Source: the human T2T-CHM13v2.0 reference genome, Homo sapiens. From it: a stretch of DNA of 64,000 bases. The notes under the pieces were generated by a model. The model ran no database searches. It was not told the DNA's origin and saw only the letters and a list, made by a program, of their open reading frames with translations. The stretch is taken from NCBI RefSeq assembly GCF_009914755.1, contig NC_060947.1; one strand, given 5' to 3'. Position numbers and translations under genes: made by a program. Positions 62,132-64,000 of the stretch are shown piece by piece (position 1 is the stretch's first letter; each line of letters starts with the position of its first letter).

Positions 62132-62260
62132 CTCCTGTTTCCTTATCCTCAACTAGAATTTCTAGCTTGAGAAGACGCCATGGAACATCAGGGTCATCTC
62201 CCATCACAGTCAAGGTGGCTTCAAATTCTCCTTCAACACGAAACTTCACCCGGCCATTTG
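62132..62260 (-). CDS. MED14: MED14 exon 6 ([11 protein letters not shown]...EDKETG), 129 nt
   Basis: ctaaaag|CA acceptor, GAG|gtaaat donor; phase 1-1. Confidence 0.96.
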
Positions 62261-62671
62261 CTTTTAGAAGAAAAAGATGAAGAAAAAGAAGTGTACTTTG
62301 CTAGAAAATGAGAATCTTCCTCCTGACCTAGAATTTTCAGTCTTACTTATAAAAATTTTTAAATAGATTGAAGGTTCTTTCATAAGGTTCCAACAATTCA
62401 ATGGTTCCTGAATAAGAAGTAGCCAGCTTCCAGGTCAAGAAATGAAAGGCAACTCTTCTAACATAAATGAACAATATTTTCTTGAGGCACAACTCTGGGG
62501 ACTCTTCTCTCTTTCCAGCCCCACTCCCAAGCTGCAAATACCAGCACTGTATTTCTAGGTACTAAAGAGAAATGATACAGCTGGCAAGTCGTAGAATCAA
62601 ACACCATAAAACTGTCAGTCAAATCTTCATGATGCTATTTTTCCTTGAATAAAACCCAAAAAGCTGTTTAG

Positions 62672-62960
<289 letters not shown>

Positions 62961-62995
62961 ATCAACTCTTAAAAAAATAAATTTCAGATACATAC

Positions 62996-63125
62996 CAACT
63001 GTAAGATTTGCTAACTGAGGAGGAAGATCTGTGGTTACAAGCCGATGTCTAAGAATCTGATTCAGCTGATGGAGTGTGGCTTGTTTTTCAATTTTGGTAA
63101 TTGGGTCTGGAGGAATAATTTTGTC
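62996..63125 (-). CDS. MED14: MED14 exon 5 (DKIIPPDP...ANLTV), 130 nt
   Basis: ttttgcag|GAC acceptor, TTG|gtatgt donor; frame continuous. Confidence 0.97.
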
Positions 63126-63754
63126 CTGCAAAAAAATTTAAGTGATTTTTAAATAATGTACAAACGGGGATTTTTTTTTTCAATCTTTTCCTGTCTTTAT
63201 ACAGTGTTGCGTACTTTACCTAAGAGAATCTTAACACTCATTTCTGCAGTCTACTTACAAAAACAATGGCCATTACTATCATGCATAAGAGCAACAATGA
63301 TTCTAGTCATTTAGCTAAGATCATAATACAACATGACCTCCCTTAATGCTCTATTTATAAACCAACTAAATATCACTTGATAGCTTCCACAAGTTCTTAC
63401 AAGTATAAAATACAATATGGCACCAAGTCAGTAAACTACCAAAACAATAAAAGTTTAAAACACTTTCAAAAAGCAACTAGCATGTAGCATTTTCACATCT
63501 GAAATAGATGTTATGTCTGCACATCCGCGCATCCCTGGGGGAAAAAAAAATAAAACCTTCACCCATTTTGATATCTACTCACATCTGGCCCCAACTTATT
63601 TCAAAAAAGCACAACTTTAGTTACAGAGAAAAAAAGCAAACTATATGTACTGTTTGTTTTAACAATGTTTTTTGCTGGGCTACTTAATAATACAATCCAA
63701 TCCAGTGCCAAAACCTTTAGTTTTTAGGAACATGGGGGCAAGCAAAGAACTTAC

Positions 63755-63928
63755 CCTAATGCAGGTTGGCAGCCGTGGGTAAGATCCAGTAGTTAGTACA
63801 TCAATGGCATATGGGATGGCAAAACTAGGCAGGCGTGCATGGACCAGAGCATCTCTAGCTAACGAGGCCAGGCGATCAGCAGTGTCCACAAACAGGATGG
63901 CTTGCTGATCTAAAAAGCTTGAAATCAT
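63755..63928 (-). CDS. MED14: MED14 exon 4 (MISSFLDQQ...LPTCIR), 174 nt, phase 0-0
   Basis: Translation matches recalled MED14 N-terminal domain; taaag|ATG acceptor, AGG|gtaagt donor. Confidence 0.97.
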
Positions 63929-64000
63929 CTTTAAAGTAAAGGGTAAATGTATTAAGCATCCCTGAAAACTATCTCCTTTTCACACTAAATATTGTTAAAT

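Overview
Human genomic DNA (a human-specific AluYb8 is present) covering the 3' ~64 kb of MED14 (Mediator subunit 14 / CRSP2 / TRAP170 / DRIP150; Xp11.4 from recall) on the minus strand. I reconstructed 28 coding exons by hand, all with AG/GT borders and consistent phases. They total 4017 nt = 1338 codons plus TAG, matching residues ~117-1454 (exons 4-31) of the MED14 protein as I recall it; exon and residue numbers rest on that recall. The stop is at 1024-1026 and the 3'UTR runs towards the left edge. The introns hold ~30 Alu/FLAM copies, MaLR/ERV solo LTRs, L1/L2/MIR relics and hAT/Tigger DNA-transposon fossils; subfamily names and repeat boundaries are by eye and approximate. Almost all ORF-track entries are repeat-derived noise or single exons plus intron read-through. 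I see no new multi-gene system. The best leads are in RNA processing: a clear U12-type (minor spliceosome) intron, candidate frame-preserving microexons (15 nt and 9 nt), candidate alternative last exons with their own polyA signals, and a candidate poison exon. Other leads are a near-consensus CTCF motif inside the last codons and two sites where Alus appear to have hit the same target twice.
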